A stretch of DNA of 64,000 nt from Mobula hypostoma (lineage: Eukaryota), in contig NC_086097.1 in assembly GCF_963921235.1 (NCBI RefSeq), forward strand, positions 107,448,001 to 107,512,000. The letters run 5' to 3'. This document shows, piece by piece, positions 37,180-49,693 of this stretch (position 1 is its first letter; each line of letters begins with the position of its first letter). A program made the position numbers and the translations under genes. The notes under the pieces were generated by a model. It did no database searches, was not told where the DNA came from, and saw only the letters and a program-made list of their open reading frames with translations.

Positions 37180-38000
37180 TCTAGCCTGCAGGCTTTAATA
37201 CAACCCCCACAGATGCCCCACCATATTACAAGCAAATTGCAAAGCTACTAAGCATAAAAGAAAAATTGCTATAGTAATACACCAGTGCCTGCCAGCCTCT
37301 GAGCGCTCCAAAAGGTCACTAATTCCCTCCCGGTGTGACACAGGTGCCTCCTTTCTCTGCAAGCAAATAATCCAATGACATTGTATTCTGCAGGGTGACT
37401 GTTCTAGCAGCCACCACTTCTACCAACAGTCAAGTCAGTGCATCTAGTGCATTTGTCTGCTCTAGAGCTGAAGCTGTCTCATTGGCTAATGCCTCCATTA
37501 CAAATACCATTTTCCTGGACAGCCTAGACATTTCATAGGCAGGGAAAGCTATCATCCAATATATTTCTGCCTCCATGATAGCTCTTTGTTGGTGCCCTGT
37601 CCCATAAGCTGCCTGTTTGGTCAGATCATCGATATGATACATTTACAGCACAACATAACCTAGGTAGCCAAGGGTAAACCCAAGAGTCGCACACCAAGTA
37701 AGTGCTGTTCAAAATTGTTGCATTCGTCCCCCATTGGAATTCCGTGTATAGATTCTGCTCCCAGTCACCATCTCCCACCGGTTGATTGCATTTTTTAGCA
37801 TTGTACAGCCTGCACTAGCATTCCATACCTTTCCTTACTGGGTGGGGAATTACATTAATGGCAGGGACTGTCGGGTTGGACTGGTTGTAACTGGGGAAGC
37901 ACACCCCTTAAAGTATTGATTGTCTTTTGCTGTCCCATTAACAGAATTCTTAGGCAGAAAATAGATGCACAGACTATCAAAACATAACGATCACTTAAAG
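37180..38000 (-). pseudogene. env: ERV-B env relic
   Basis: HQQR|AIMEAEIYWMIAFPAY..EALANETASAL..RTVTLQNTMSLDYLLAEKGGTC (ISD ~37339-37393). Confidence 0.85.
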
Positions 38001-38049
38001 GTTGCAGGCAGTAATGATCAAATAGTTAATTCAGTCAGGGTTTTTCTCC

Positions 38050-41000
38050 CTACTGGTTTCTTGGTTTGGTGGTACCTTTGGCTTAACATGTGATACATGG
38101 ACTCAGGGTGGCTTCCCTTGGATTGGACCTAGAGAATGGGTTAGCAATACTTCAGATAGGCCTTTCCAACAGGGCTCAGCACAATTCTTTTGTCAGCCGG
38201 ATCTCACTAATACACACCAATACACCTGCTGTTGGCTGGTGGGTATGGCACGCTGCAGTCATCTTGATTCTCTTGCATTCAAACACCTGTGATTGGAATT
38301 TTCAAGAGTTGTTTAAGTGCTAAACAATACTGCAATATGCACTTTATCCAAAAAGTGAGAACAATTATCACTTGAGATCTTCTCTGGGATTCCAAATCTA
38401 GAAATAAATTGTCATAATAAAAGCCTAGGAACATTGATAGCATCACTTCTATGAGTTGGATAGGCTTCTAACCATTGAGAAAGCAAACATATATTAACAA
38501 TTGAATAGTTAAAACTTTTTGACAATTGAATTGAATTGACTTTATTACCTACATCCTTCATATGCATGAGAAGTAAAAATCTTTATGCTATGTCTTCGTC
38601 TAAGTGTGCAATGGGTAATTTATAGTAATTTATAATGAATATTATGTACAACAGGATAGTCAATATAACATAGAAATACAGTTACGTCAGCATGAGCTAA
38701 TCAGTCTGTTGGCCTGGTGGAAGAAGCTGTCCCGGAGCCTCTTGGTTCTGGCTTTTATGCTGCGGTTTCTCGGATGGTAGAAACTTGAACAGTTTGTGGT
38801 TGGGGTGACTCTGGTCCCCAATGATCCTTCAGGCCCTTTTTACATACCTGTCTTTAAAAATGTCCCTAGTAGTGTGAAGTTTACAACTACAGATGCACTG
38901 GGCTGTCCGCACCACTCTCTGCAGAGTCCTGCGATTAAGGGAGGTGCAGTTCCCATACCTGGCAGTGATGCAGCCAGTCAGGATGGTCTCAATTGTGCCC
39001 CTAAAGGAAGTTCTTAGGATCTGGAGCCCATACAGAACAACTTCAACTGTCTGAGGTGAAAGAGGCACTGTTATGCCTTTTCCACCACAGAGCTGGTGTG
39101 TACAAACCACGTGAGATTCTTGTTTATGCTGAGGAATTTAAAGCTGTTCACCCTCTCAACCCCACATCCATTGATGTCAATAGAGGCTAGACTGTCTTCA
39201 TTTCTCCTGTAGTCCACAACCAGCTCCTTTGTTTTTGTGACATTGAGGGAGAGGTTGTTTTTTTGACACCACTGTATCAGGATGGTGACTTCTTTTCTGT
39301 AGGCTGCCTCTTTATTACTTGAGATCAGGCCAATCAGTGTAGTGTTGTCACCAAATTTAATTAGCAGATTGGAGCTGTGGGTGGCAACACAGTCCTGGGT
39401 ATACAGAGAGTAAAGGAGGGGGCTGAGGGACACCTGTGTTGAGGATCAGACAGGCAGAGGTGAGGGAGCCCACTCTTACCATCTGCCAGTGATCTGACAG
39501 GTAGTCCAGGATTGGCTACACAAGGCAGCGTGAAAGCCGAGGTCTTTGAGCTTCTTTTCGAGCCTGGAAGGAACTATGGTGTTGAATGCTGGACTGTAGT
39601 CCAAGTACAGCATTCTCACATTGGCATCCTTCTTCTCCAGATTTGTAAGGATGTTGTATAGAGCAGTGGCTATTGCGTCATCTGTTGATCAGTTGTATCG
39701 GTAGGTGAATTGTAGGGGGTCCAGTGTGGGTGGTAGCAAGCTGCAGATGTAGTCCTTGACCAGCCTATCAAAGCATTTGCTTATTATTGAGGTGAGTGCG
39801 ACAGGATGCCAGTCATTCAGACATGTTACCTTGGTCTTTTTTTAGGTACAGGAACAACGTTGGATGCTTTGAAGCCGGAAGGCACGCTACACTGGGAGAG
39901 GGAGAGATTAAAAATGCCTGTAAACACATCCGCCAGTTGTGTCGCGCACATCCTGAGTACTCACCCTGGGACGCTGTCTGGTCCCGCAGCCTTGCAACTA
40001 TCCACTCGTTGGAAACACCTGCGTACTTCAGCCTCAGAGATGACCAGGCTGCAGGTTGCATTGGTAGCTCTCCTCAGGGGCTCAGTATTGGTGACATCGA
40101 ATCAAGCATAAAAAACTTAGCTCATCTAGGAGAGAGGCAGCGATATTGGAAACTCCACTGTGTTTCGCTTTGAAATCTATGATGATGTGCAAACGTTGCA
40201 ATCAGCTGCATTTGTTCGTGGAGAGTTGCGTGTGGATCTTGTCCCTGTATTGTTGTTTCGCTGCCTTAATAACTTTGCACAGATCGTAGCTATATTTCTT
40301 GAGTTCCTGCTGATTACCAGCAATGTAAGCTCTGTGTTGTGCGGTAAATGCTGCTCTCACGGAACTGTTGATCCAGGTTTTCTGGTTTGGATAGATCCTG
40401 ACCAATTTCTGGGGGACAACTTCCTCAATGAACTTCTGGATGAAACTCGTGACCCTATCCGTGAACTCGGAGACATCCTCATCATGGAAGGCATTCCAGT
40501 CGATGTCATCAAAGCAGTCCTGAAGCATGGAGACCGGTTATTTGGACTAACAGTGGACAGTTTTAACAATGGCCGCCTCTTGTTTCAGCTTCTGCCTGTA
40601 CTTGAGTAGCAGCAAGATGGAGGAGTGATCCAATGGGAGCAAAGGAGCGCTTTGTAAGCATTGTGGAAGGGAGAGTAGCAGTGGTCGAGTATGCTATCTC
40701 CACGTGTGCTCATCTGGATGTGTTGACAAAACTTTGGAGAGACTTTAGACAGTGATGCTCTATTAAAGTCACCGGTGACGATAAAGGTAGCCTTCAGAAT
40801 GCTGATGGTCTCGTACAGTTCCTTGAGAGCCTGGACAGTATCAGCCTACTGTGATAATAACAGTACAAATGGCCTCCAAGAGAAGGGTCCAGCAAGTGGC
40901 AGGTACTGGGGTGTTTTCCTGGGATGATGTCTCTGGCAGATCACACAGTTCACCACCACTTTCCCTGTTATAGCTGGGAATCTTGACTCATCCCACTCAT

Positions 41001-41170
41001 TTCTGATGATACCTCTCCTTGACATCTCGCACAGTGTGGTTTAGTCCAAAAGTCTTGTTCAGAGGTTTGACAGTTTGGGAAACATAGAAGCAAATCATCC
41101 ACATACTGAAGCAGCATAGAGGAGTTTTGTAAGATCTAATTGCACTCTTAAAGAGCTTGGCAGACATCAT
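38050..41170 (-). pseudogene. pol: ERV-B pol relics (RT core and integrase), split by Rex1
   Basis: LLQYVDDLLLC (YVDD 41094-41105); VVVNCVICQRHHP; SQWLEAYPT..RFGIPEKISSDN; WKG..VLLT..QGKPP*VHVSHVK. Confidence 0.85.
38525..40855 (-). mobile_element. Decayed Rex1/Babar LINE (EN remnant and RT)
   Basis: [53 protein letters not shown]; (TCAAT)n tail. Confidence 0.9.
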
Positions 41171-41346
41171 TTGTTTAATATTTAATGCTTAATGTTTAAT
41201 GTCATTTCCAATACATAAACGTAAAGGAGAACAAAATAATTGTTACTCCAGATCCGATGCAGCACAAAAGTAACACACTAAGATAAAAAAACACATTAAT
41301 AAAAAATAATAAATATAAATACATAAGAAAGCTTATATACAGCAGA

Positions 41347-41488
41347 CACACATCAAAGTTGCTGGTGAACGCAGCAGGCCAGGCAGCATCTCTAGGAAGA
41401 GGTACAGTTGACGATTCAGGCCGAGACCCTTTGCCAGGACTTTGATTTGTGTTGCTTGAATTTCCAGCATCTGCAGAATTCCTGTTGT
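41347..41488. mobile_element. Penelope mini-element with 14-bp TSD
   Basis: TSD ttatatacagcaga at 41333-41346 and 41489-41502; same family as 6360-6563. Confidence 0.8.
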
Positions 41489-41814
41489 TTATATACAGCA
41501 GATTCTGGTTAATTAGGGCACATTAGGACCAGTTTATTTTGACGCAATTTAGCAGCTGCCCAAATCAGCTAATGTTGTATGGAAATAGTTAAAAAGATAT
41601 TAAAAAAAGCTAAGAAAAATAGAGGTACTAGGCTATGGGTAAGCCTAGTAATTTCTAAGGTAGGGACAAGTTTGGCACAACTTTGTGGGCCAAAAGGCTT
41701 GTATTGTACTGTAGGTTTTCTATGTTTCTATGTATAAAAAAGACAAACTACCATTTAGCTGAGTAAGAAATTATGTATTTAGATAAAATACAGAACAAAT
41801 TGGAACACTACCAA

Positions 41815-42200
41815 TGGTGATTGTCCGTTGTATCCAACAATGGCAGGAAAACTGTACAGGAGAGGTTTTAAAGTGGAAAAATCATTACTCTGGGGCAGTT
41901 CCACTCTCTCAACCTTGAAACTCCAGGTCCATTGGGATGAGTAAACCTCACAAGTGGGGTCTTCCTTGGTCTCAGTGGATGGCCATGGCTTCTGTGTCTC
42001 GTCATGCCCTTCGTCTTGATAAAACATTGCTACTCATTCTGCCTGAGCTGACTTGCATGCTAGGACATGCATGTCCCTATCTCACCGGGATATGAGACTC
42101 ACTGGCTACCCTCACCTTGTTTAGCCTGCCTGTCAAAAAGGTGTACTGGTGTCTGCCTGCTGTCGTATGCAAACAGCTACAGGTGAGAGCTGAATATCTG
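41815..42200 (-). mobile_element. Degenerate relative of the 7057-7599 element
   Basis: Shared ctaccctcacct.gtttagcc..gctgtcg.atgc.aacagcta..caggtgagagctga. Confidence 0.65.
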
Positions 42201-42242
42201 ATAACATTCAAGATGTTTGTCAATACCTTCAAATTCTTTGTA

Positions 42243-42739
42243 CAGTCGGCCCTCCGTATCCGCGGGGGTTTGGTTCCGGGACCCCTCGCGGATACCAAAT
42301 TCCGTGGATGCTCAAGTCCCTTATATAAAATGGCGTAGTATTTGCATATAACCTACGTACATCCACCCGTATACTTTAAATCATCTCTAGGTTACTTATA
42401 ATACCTAATACAATGTAAATAGTTGTTATACTGTATTGTTTAGGGAATAATGATAAGAAAGAAAAGTCTGTACATGTTCAGTACAGACACAACTATCGTA
42501 GCTCTTCTGGGAACGTGCCGATTCTCCCGTGATCTTTAAGTTCTTGAGGCTGTAGCGCTTTACATAGCTAGCCAGCCATCCCTTAATAGCCTTAAACTCA
42601 TCCCTCTTGTTCACAACACAAGTAGCAAATGAACAATGCTCAAACGACGAGTGCTGGAGAGAGAACTGTTTTTTTTCATCCCGATCCACGATTGGTTGAA
42701 TTCGCGGATGTGGAACCCACAGATATGGAGGGTCGACTG
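42243..42739. mobile_element. MER2-like TcMar-Tigger element with a transposase remnant
   Basis: TA TSD; TIRs cagtcggccctccgtatc / gatatggagggtcgactg; minus-strand FKAIKGWLASYVKRYSLKNLKITGES (CENP-B-type HTH). Confidence 0.85.
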
Positions 42740-44089
42740 TAGTTCCTAACTGGTAGTTTCCTTTTCACACCCGGCCTTTCCAGCATTGCCAGGTCAGAAT
42801 GCTTGAAACAGCAGTGAGCAGAACTGTTTCGAATTGTCTTACTGCTTATTTCTCACCACCAGTGACAAAAATGACTGCTTTTTAACACACAAGTAACTGA
42901 CGTTATTTAAAAACAGTTCACCCTAAGCACAGTGCAGGGTCTGACAGCCACAAGTCTTGCGTGTGACTAATGCTAGTTAGAAAATGTTCAGTAATAGTCT
43001 CCTGCCCCAATTAAGTGGCATATTGTCCCAAATAATTTAAGGGAATCTCAGCTACTTTCTCAATTTATTTTTGCTCTTTAAGAGTTGTCCCAAATAAGTG
43101 ACTGCCCCAATTAACTGGTGGTCCAATCCACTGTATATACATTGATTGTTTGTCCACAAAGTGACGCTAGGCACAGGTATGTCTATACATAAGGTGACTG
43201 ACAGGAAATAATAAAGTGGTGGTTGAGGGGTGTAGAGGGGTGGGTTAGTGAGTGGAGGTGTTGATCAGCCTTACTGCTTCCGGAAATTAACTATTTCTGA
43301 GTGGTGGTCCGGGTGTGGATGCAACGTAGCTTCCTCCCTGATGGGGTGGGACAAACAGTCCATGAGTGAGCAGTGTGGGTGAGATCCTTCATAATGTTAC
43401 TAGCCCTTTCTGTATATCTGTCCTTGATGGCAGGGAGGCTGGTGCTGGTGATGCGCTGGGCAGTTTTGACTCCCTGCTGTAGAGCCTTCCTCTCCCCTGC
43501 AGTGCAGTCTCTGTATCATGCAGTGAAGCAGCATTTTGCCCCACATTGTTACCTCCTTTCACCCATAGAGTCTCTTTCAGATCCGAGAAGTTGAATGGGA
43601 AGTATGATTGTGGACTTTTTCAGACTTGTGATTTTTATATTCTGTGTTTTTTCTCGCCTGTTCCTTTTCTGTTTTGCTGTGCAAGGAGAGGATGCTTGGG
43701 GGTTGATGTTCTGTTAGTTTTTTGTGCAGGGGAGGTTTTTTTTGGGGGGGAGTCAATGTTCCTGTTCCATTTTGTGTGGGGGAAGAGGGGTTGATGAACG
43801 GATGCCGTTCTGTTTTTGTTGGGGGGTGGTGGGATTGATGTTTCTCTCTGAAACACTTTCATGTTTTTTCTTTGTTTCATGGCTATCTGGAGAAGAGAAC
43901 TTTCAGAGTTGTATATAGAAAGATAGAAAACCTACAGCACAATACAATGCTGTGTTGAGCATGTACTTACTTAGAAATTTCCTTGCGTTACCCATAGCCC
44001 TCTACTTTTCTAAGCTCCATGTACCTATCCAGGAGATATCGAAACATATACGGAAACATGCTTTGATAATAAATTAACCTTTGAACCAT

Positions 44090-44694
44090 TGAGCCTTTTT
44101 CAAATTGTGGAAAAGATGATTCCTGTATCAACCAGGAAATCTAATTGTTCATTTACAGTCAGGGGAATAACAGGTTCAGAAACCTTTAGAACAGGTAGAA
44201 CTGTAATTGTACAAGTTTTTTTTTCAGTAGAGCTTGTGAAAAGGTTATTTAAAGTACTGTGTAGTCTGAGGTGTTGGTGGCGGTGGAGGTGGAAACTGAC
44301 TTATCAAAGTTGCCTTGGTGCTCAGGGCATCTTCAAGCCCAATGGCCAGGGTGTCTGTTAGCAAAACACATCCCTCATGGACCCTTTAATCCCTAACATG
44401 TCCACCGCCCCATCTTCAGTTTGTTGATGTGAATCACGGAACTGTAAAATCCATACATTTATCATTATGTGTATCATTATCTAAATAGTGAACTATGGCG
44501 TTCAAATCAAAAATAACCAGTCATAAGTGGGTTCCATGAGCCAAGCAGACAATGCTAAAACTAGGTTTAGGGTGAGATTATAAACAGAATGATAAGCCAA
44601 AATGTGTTAGTTAGTTGAATATAAAACAGTACCACAAGTTAAAGCAACATTCGAACTTTTTTGGACAGCTGTCGCAAATTTTTCTAAACAATAT
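44090..44694 (-). pseudogene. gag-pro: ERV-B gag C-terminus and protease relic
   Basis: CFANRHPGHWA*RCP (degenerate CCHC), proline-rich tail, EPVIPLTVNEQLDFLVDTGIIFSTI (DTG 44121-44129). Confidence 0.8.
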
Positions 44695-45050
44695 TGTGAT
44701 ACTTTGGGAGGGGCGTGGTCGACAGCCCGCCCCTGCATTTCTAATAACTAGGACTGTTTATTGTTCTTGTGTTAAAATGCTTTTGTAGGATTATGGTGGG
44801 AAGTTCCAATTCATTTATTGTTACATTTTAACTTGGGTTATATAGTTATTCGTTTGTATATTTGTGGGTCACCCTGACTGTAACCGGGGTGTGTGATGGT
44901 CACCTCCCCCATCTGGAGAGACTGGTTGGGTTCACTCTCCGGGTCATGGTGCCCGTCTGTTCTGTGTTTATCACAATTAAAAAAAATCAAACGGTTGTTG
45001 AGTTCAGCGAGCTTCCTCGTCTGTTGTTATGAACCAAATGCTCGCCACAT

Positions 45051-45068
45051 TGGTGTCAGGAATGGAAT
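45051..45068 (+). promoter_or_regulatory. Primer-binding site, tRNA-Leu type
   Basis: TGGTGTCAGGAATGGAAT 1 nt after the LTR, versus the recalled tRNA-Leu complement TGGTGTCAGGAGTGGGAT. Confidence 0.8.
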
Positions 45069-47342
45069 GCGGGAGATTGAACAGCTACGACGTCGGACAG
45101 AGAGCCTTAAACCCGGGTAATAAGACGAGGGACCGAGCAGTATGTCTCCCCACACACCCACGGGCAGGGCTCAAGCAGACGAGATCCGGAGGGAGGACCT
45201 GGGAACCGAGCATTGTGCCTTCCCAGGGAGCCCCAATGGAGCGAGTGTACCCAGGCTCCCCAACCCGGGGGACAGAGCGGAACCTCACCTGGCGCATGGC
45301 ACAACGGGTGGAGCCCCACCGAGACAGCGGTGCACCGTGCCCCGGCACTGGAACGAGATGCCCTGTGGGCCCTCCTCGACCTAACGCCGGCGGAGCTGCG
45401 TGACTACGGGGCCCTCGTAGTGGTGTTGGAGCGGCGTTTCGAGCAGAGGCCGTTGGCGGAAGCAATGAGGGAAGAACTGTGGAGCAGACGGCGCCGTATG
45501 GGAGGAAGCCTGGGGGCACTAGCAGCTGATCTCCGCCACTGTGCTCGGCATGGCCACCCCGGCCCTAGTTCCCTCCCGCGGCCCAGGAAGAACTTTCCCT
45601 CCACGCCTTTGTAAAGGCGCTGACGCCAAAGCACCTTCGGCAGCATGTTCGCCTGACGTCGCCATCATCACTGGACGAGGCGGAGAGGGAGGGCAGAAGC
45701 AATTTTAGTCTCTCAAGGTGTTTCAGCGTCGCCCCCCACCAGCGAGCCCGGGCTTGTGTCACCGAGGCTGAGGAGGAAAGTGACGAGGAGGAGCCCGTGA
45801 GACAAGTCCGACTAGCGCCGCGGGCTATGAAATGATCTCTGCTACCGGTGCGGTGAGGTCGGTCATTTGGCCCGGGACGACCCCGCCCCGGCACCACGCC
45901 ACAGCTCAGAAGCAGCAGAACCCCTCCGGGCGGGCCGTTTGGGTGAAGAGCAAGGCTTACACGTTGATGCCTGCGTGCTGGAGGGCATCAGGTGCCGTAT
46001 GTTGGTGGACACGGGGTCAACCATCACTACCATCTGTCCCGGTGTCCTCCCCAGCACGGACCAGCCATCCCCGCCTCGGTGGACAACGGCAGCGGTCCGT
46101 GACTGTGCGGCGATGCGAGGGAAGAAGAGGTTGTGCATCGCAGTGGACACGAGGTGTGACTCGCCGACATCCGAGAGTCCTGAATCATCGGCCTGGACCT
46201 GCTGTCCCACTAGAGGCCCGTGTGGATGTGTCCGGGGCAACACTCTACCTCGGTGCTGAAACCGTGGCTCTCCGGCAGGGCAGCTCCGGGAAGCAGTCCC
46301 AGTGGGAGCAGTAACCACACCGGTTTCACAGCAGCCCGGGGCAGGGCAGCACACCCGGCAGCGGCCCAACGCAACACCGCTGAACCAGGAGCAAGTGACG
46401 GTGACGCCGGCGACCACCTCCCCACCACGGACCAGCAGTGCGCAGCGAACAGGTGAGCGATCCGATGTTGGCCCGGGTGAGGGAATGGCTGAGTGTGGGA
46501 CGACGGCCGGAGTGGGCATAGGTCTCTGCCCTGGACCCAGAGACCAAAGCCCTGTACTCGCAGTGGGGAACGCTGGAGGTCCCCGACGGATTGCTGTTCA
46601 GGTGGTGACAGTTGTCCGATGGTGACCGACATCTCCTGCAGCTGGTCTCCCAGGGGTTCTGCGTCATGGTGCTGCTGTCGGTGGACGGGCTGGTGGGGCC
46701 CGGCCATTTCGGGGTCACAAAGACGCTGGGGCAGGCTGCATGAACGCTTCTACTGGCCTGGGTACAGGCAGGACATGGAGCTGTTCGTGCGCTGCTGCGA
46801 CGCTTCCAGGTTCCAGAAGGGGCTGGGCCACCGGTCTAGGGTGCCAATGCAGCAGTTCATGGTGGGAGCTCCAGTATGGGTCTGCTGCCCCTCCCGGAAG
46901 AAGGGACTATCCCCCGGGCTTGGAAGCCACTGGAAGGGGCCGGGAGAGGAGCTCGACCGCATCTCCGATGTGGTATATCGGGTGCTGTTGCCTGAGCGGC
47001 AGAAGGCAGTCGTGCTGCACCGGGACCGACTGGTAGCGTGTCAGCCCTTGGCCACCACTAACCCGGCGAGGCTGAAGGAAGGAAGTGATACTGGGTGTCC
47101 TGCCTCTTGCCTCACACAAACAGGCGGCAGTGTCGACACCCACCGGAACTTTAGGACTTTGTTGTGGACTCTGGGGTTGCCTTTCTGGGGCAGTGTGATC
47201 CCTGGGGGGAGGGCATAGTCGACAGCCCGCCCCTGCATTTCTAGTGACCAGTACTGTTTATTGTTCTTGTGTACTTTCGCGGGATTAATGTGGGAAGTTC
47301 CGATTCATTTATTGTTACATTTTAGCAGTTGTCCCTTGTATA

Positions 47343-49693
47343 CAGGTTTCATAGAAACATAGAAACATAGAAAATAGGTGCAGGAGTAGGCCATTCGGCC
47401 CTTCGAGCCTGCACCGCCATTTATTATGATCATGGCTGATCATCCAACTCAGAACCCCGCCCCAGCCTTCCCTCCATACCCCCTGACCCCTTTAGCCACA
47501 AGGGCCATATCTAACTCCCTCTTAAACATAGCCAATGAACTGGCCTCAACAGTTTGCTGTGGCAGAGAATTCCACAGATTCACCACTCTCTGTGTGAAGA
47601 AGTTTTTCCTAATCTCGGTCCTAAAAGGCTTCCCCTCTATCCTCAAACTGTGGCCCCTCGTTCTGGACCTCCCCAACATCGGGAACAATCTTCCCGCATC
47701 TAGCCTGTCCAATCCCTTTAGGATCTTATACGTTTCAATCAGATCCCCCCTCAATCTTCTAAATTCCAATGAGTACAAGCCCAGTTCATCCAGTCTTTCT
47801 TCATATGAAAGACCTGCCATCCCAGGAATCAATCTGGTGAACCTTCTTTGTACTCCCTCTATGGCAAAGATGTCTTTCCTCAGATTAGGGGACCAAAACT
47901 GCACACAATACTCCAGGTGTGGTCTCACCAAGGCCTTGTACAACTGCAGTAGTACCTCCCTGCTCCTGTACTCGAATCCTCTCGCTATAAATGCCAGCAT
48001 ACCGTTCGCCTTTTTCATCGCCTGCTGTACCTGCATGCCCACTTTCAATGACTGGTGTATAATGACACCCAGGTCTCGTTGCACCTTCCCTTTTCCTAAT
48101 CGGCCACCATTCAGATAATAATCTGTTTTCCTATTTTTGCCACCAAAGTGGATAACTTCACATTTATCCACATTAAATTGCATCTGCCATGAGTTTGCCC
48201 ACTCACCCAACCTATCCAAGTCACCCTGCATCCTCGCCATCCGAAGGTAGAGCGTTCCTATGAAACGGTTCGTAAGCCGGAATGCCGTAAAGCGAAGAAG
48301 CAATTGCCATTTATTTATATGGGAAAATTTTGAGAGCGTTCGCAGACCCAAAAATAACCTACCAAATCATGCCAAATAACGCATAAAACCTAAAATAACA
48401 GTAACATATAGTAAAAGCAGGAATGGTATGATAAATACACAGCCTATATAAAGTAGAAATACTTTTCTACAATCATTGCTGCACTGTCCACCGTAGTGAA
48501 AATCTAACGCAAGCGCTCTCCAGTAACCTTTAAGCTATAAAGCTGCCAAATCATACCAAATAACACGTAAAAATACACAGCCGATATAAAGTAGAAATAA
48601 TATATGTACAGTGTAGTATCACTTACAGGAATCGGGAAGACAGCGCAGAGCACACTGATGATGGTGTGTTAGGCTGAGTTGTCGGAGGTTGGGGTGGCGC
48701 AGTGGTTCCCACCCTCCGGGCCACCGACCGATACTGATCTGCGAAGCATGCACAGGTACAGTGGTAGCCGGGAAGCATCCAGCACATTTTTAAGAAAAAA
48801 AATGAAACAAACATGCTAATTAATTAGATTGCATCGACTCTGATCTGGGCTGACAATTACGTGCAGGGCAGCACCTAATTAATTAGCATGTTTATTTTGG
48901 CTTTTTTCTTAAAGATGTGCTGTGTGTCTCCCGGCTACCACTGCATTTTCCACGAATCGGTATCTGTCCGTGGCCTGGGGGTTGGGGTGGTGGGACCCTG
49001 GGGTATCATCTCATCGTCAATCAGGGCAGGCAGCTCATCTTCTCCTATCTCTGCCTGCCTTGATATCGAAGGTCGAGGTTCATCGTCTGATGTGGAAGGC
49101 TTGAGAAACGACAGTACAGTATGCTTGACTGCTGAGCCTCACGCATTTTTCTATCATACAGTTCTTTGTAAGGTTTCAAACCATCTAAACGGACGTACCC
49201 TTGCAGAATTAAAGTCGTACTTTATCATTACTCATTCGGTTTCGATTGTTATCCTTTCCTCTTCCAATTGCATCAGCTCTTCATCCATCAGTTCTTGGTC
49301 ATGGGACGCCAAAACCTCTTCAACATCATCTTCGTCAGCTTCCACAAGCCAAACTCACTTTGTCCTTACTTCATTCACCACGATTGAAATGCTTAATTAT
49401 GTCTAGTTTTACGCTAAGTGTAACACCGTTATGAGCTCTTTTAGGCTTTTCTGATACCTTAGAACTCATCTTGCAAACGGCTGCTCATAGGCACGTGTTT
49501 AAGCAATGCCGGCGAGAATGCAGTTCTGAATCTGGGAGAGAGCTGCCTTTTATTGCACGCTGATTTTTTTTCCGTGCACTGCCTTTTTTCATAAGTGAAA
49601 ACACCTTCTGTTAGCGGAAACAGGGAACTAATGTCGGTCTTTCGTAACAGCGAGGTTTTGTAAAGCGAATGTTCGAAAAGCAGAGGACACCTG
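47343..49693 (-). mobile_element. Internally deleted Tigger-type DNA transposon inserted at a TA in the 3' LTR
   Basis: TA-caggt...acctg-TA; TLSVKLDIIKHFNRGE (Psq HTH) joined to VEADEDDVEEVLASHDQELMDEELMQLEEE; sister end at 63487-63885. Confidence 0.8.
47351..48233 (-). mobile_element. Young 5'-truncated CR1, same subfamily as 17331-19400, inserted in the Tigger TIR
   Basis: ORF 47449..48351 is open to the native stop and near-identical to 18530-19310. Confidence 0.95.

Larger units (their letters stand above)
41340..43133. mobile_element. Tigger/pogo-like non-autonomous DNA transposon hosting four insertions
   Basis: TA-flanked imperfect TIRs cagcagattctggttaattaggg / ccccaattaactgg..aatccactg. 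Confidence 0.6.
41170..43540 (-). mobile_element. Rex1-type 3' fragment (41170-41339 and 43134-43540), split by a nested stack
   Basis: Matches the 31515-32030 family on both sides of the insertion. Confidence 0.7.
36760..44694 (-). mobile_element. Decayed, internally deleted endogenous retrovirus B (class I-like)
   Basis: Collinear minus-strand relics: gag knuckle, protease, RT YVDD, integrase, env, putative 3' LTR. Confidence 0.85.

Noticed and set aside
36225..38000. Co-opted syncytin-like env
   Set aside because: Both env relics have stops and frameshifts; ERV-A lacks SU and ERV-B has a broken CX6CC region
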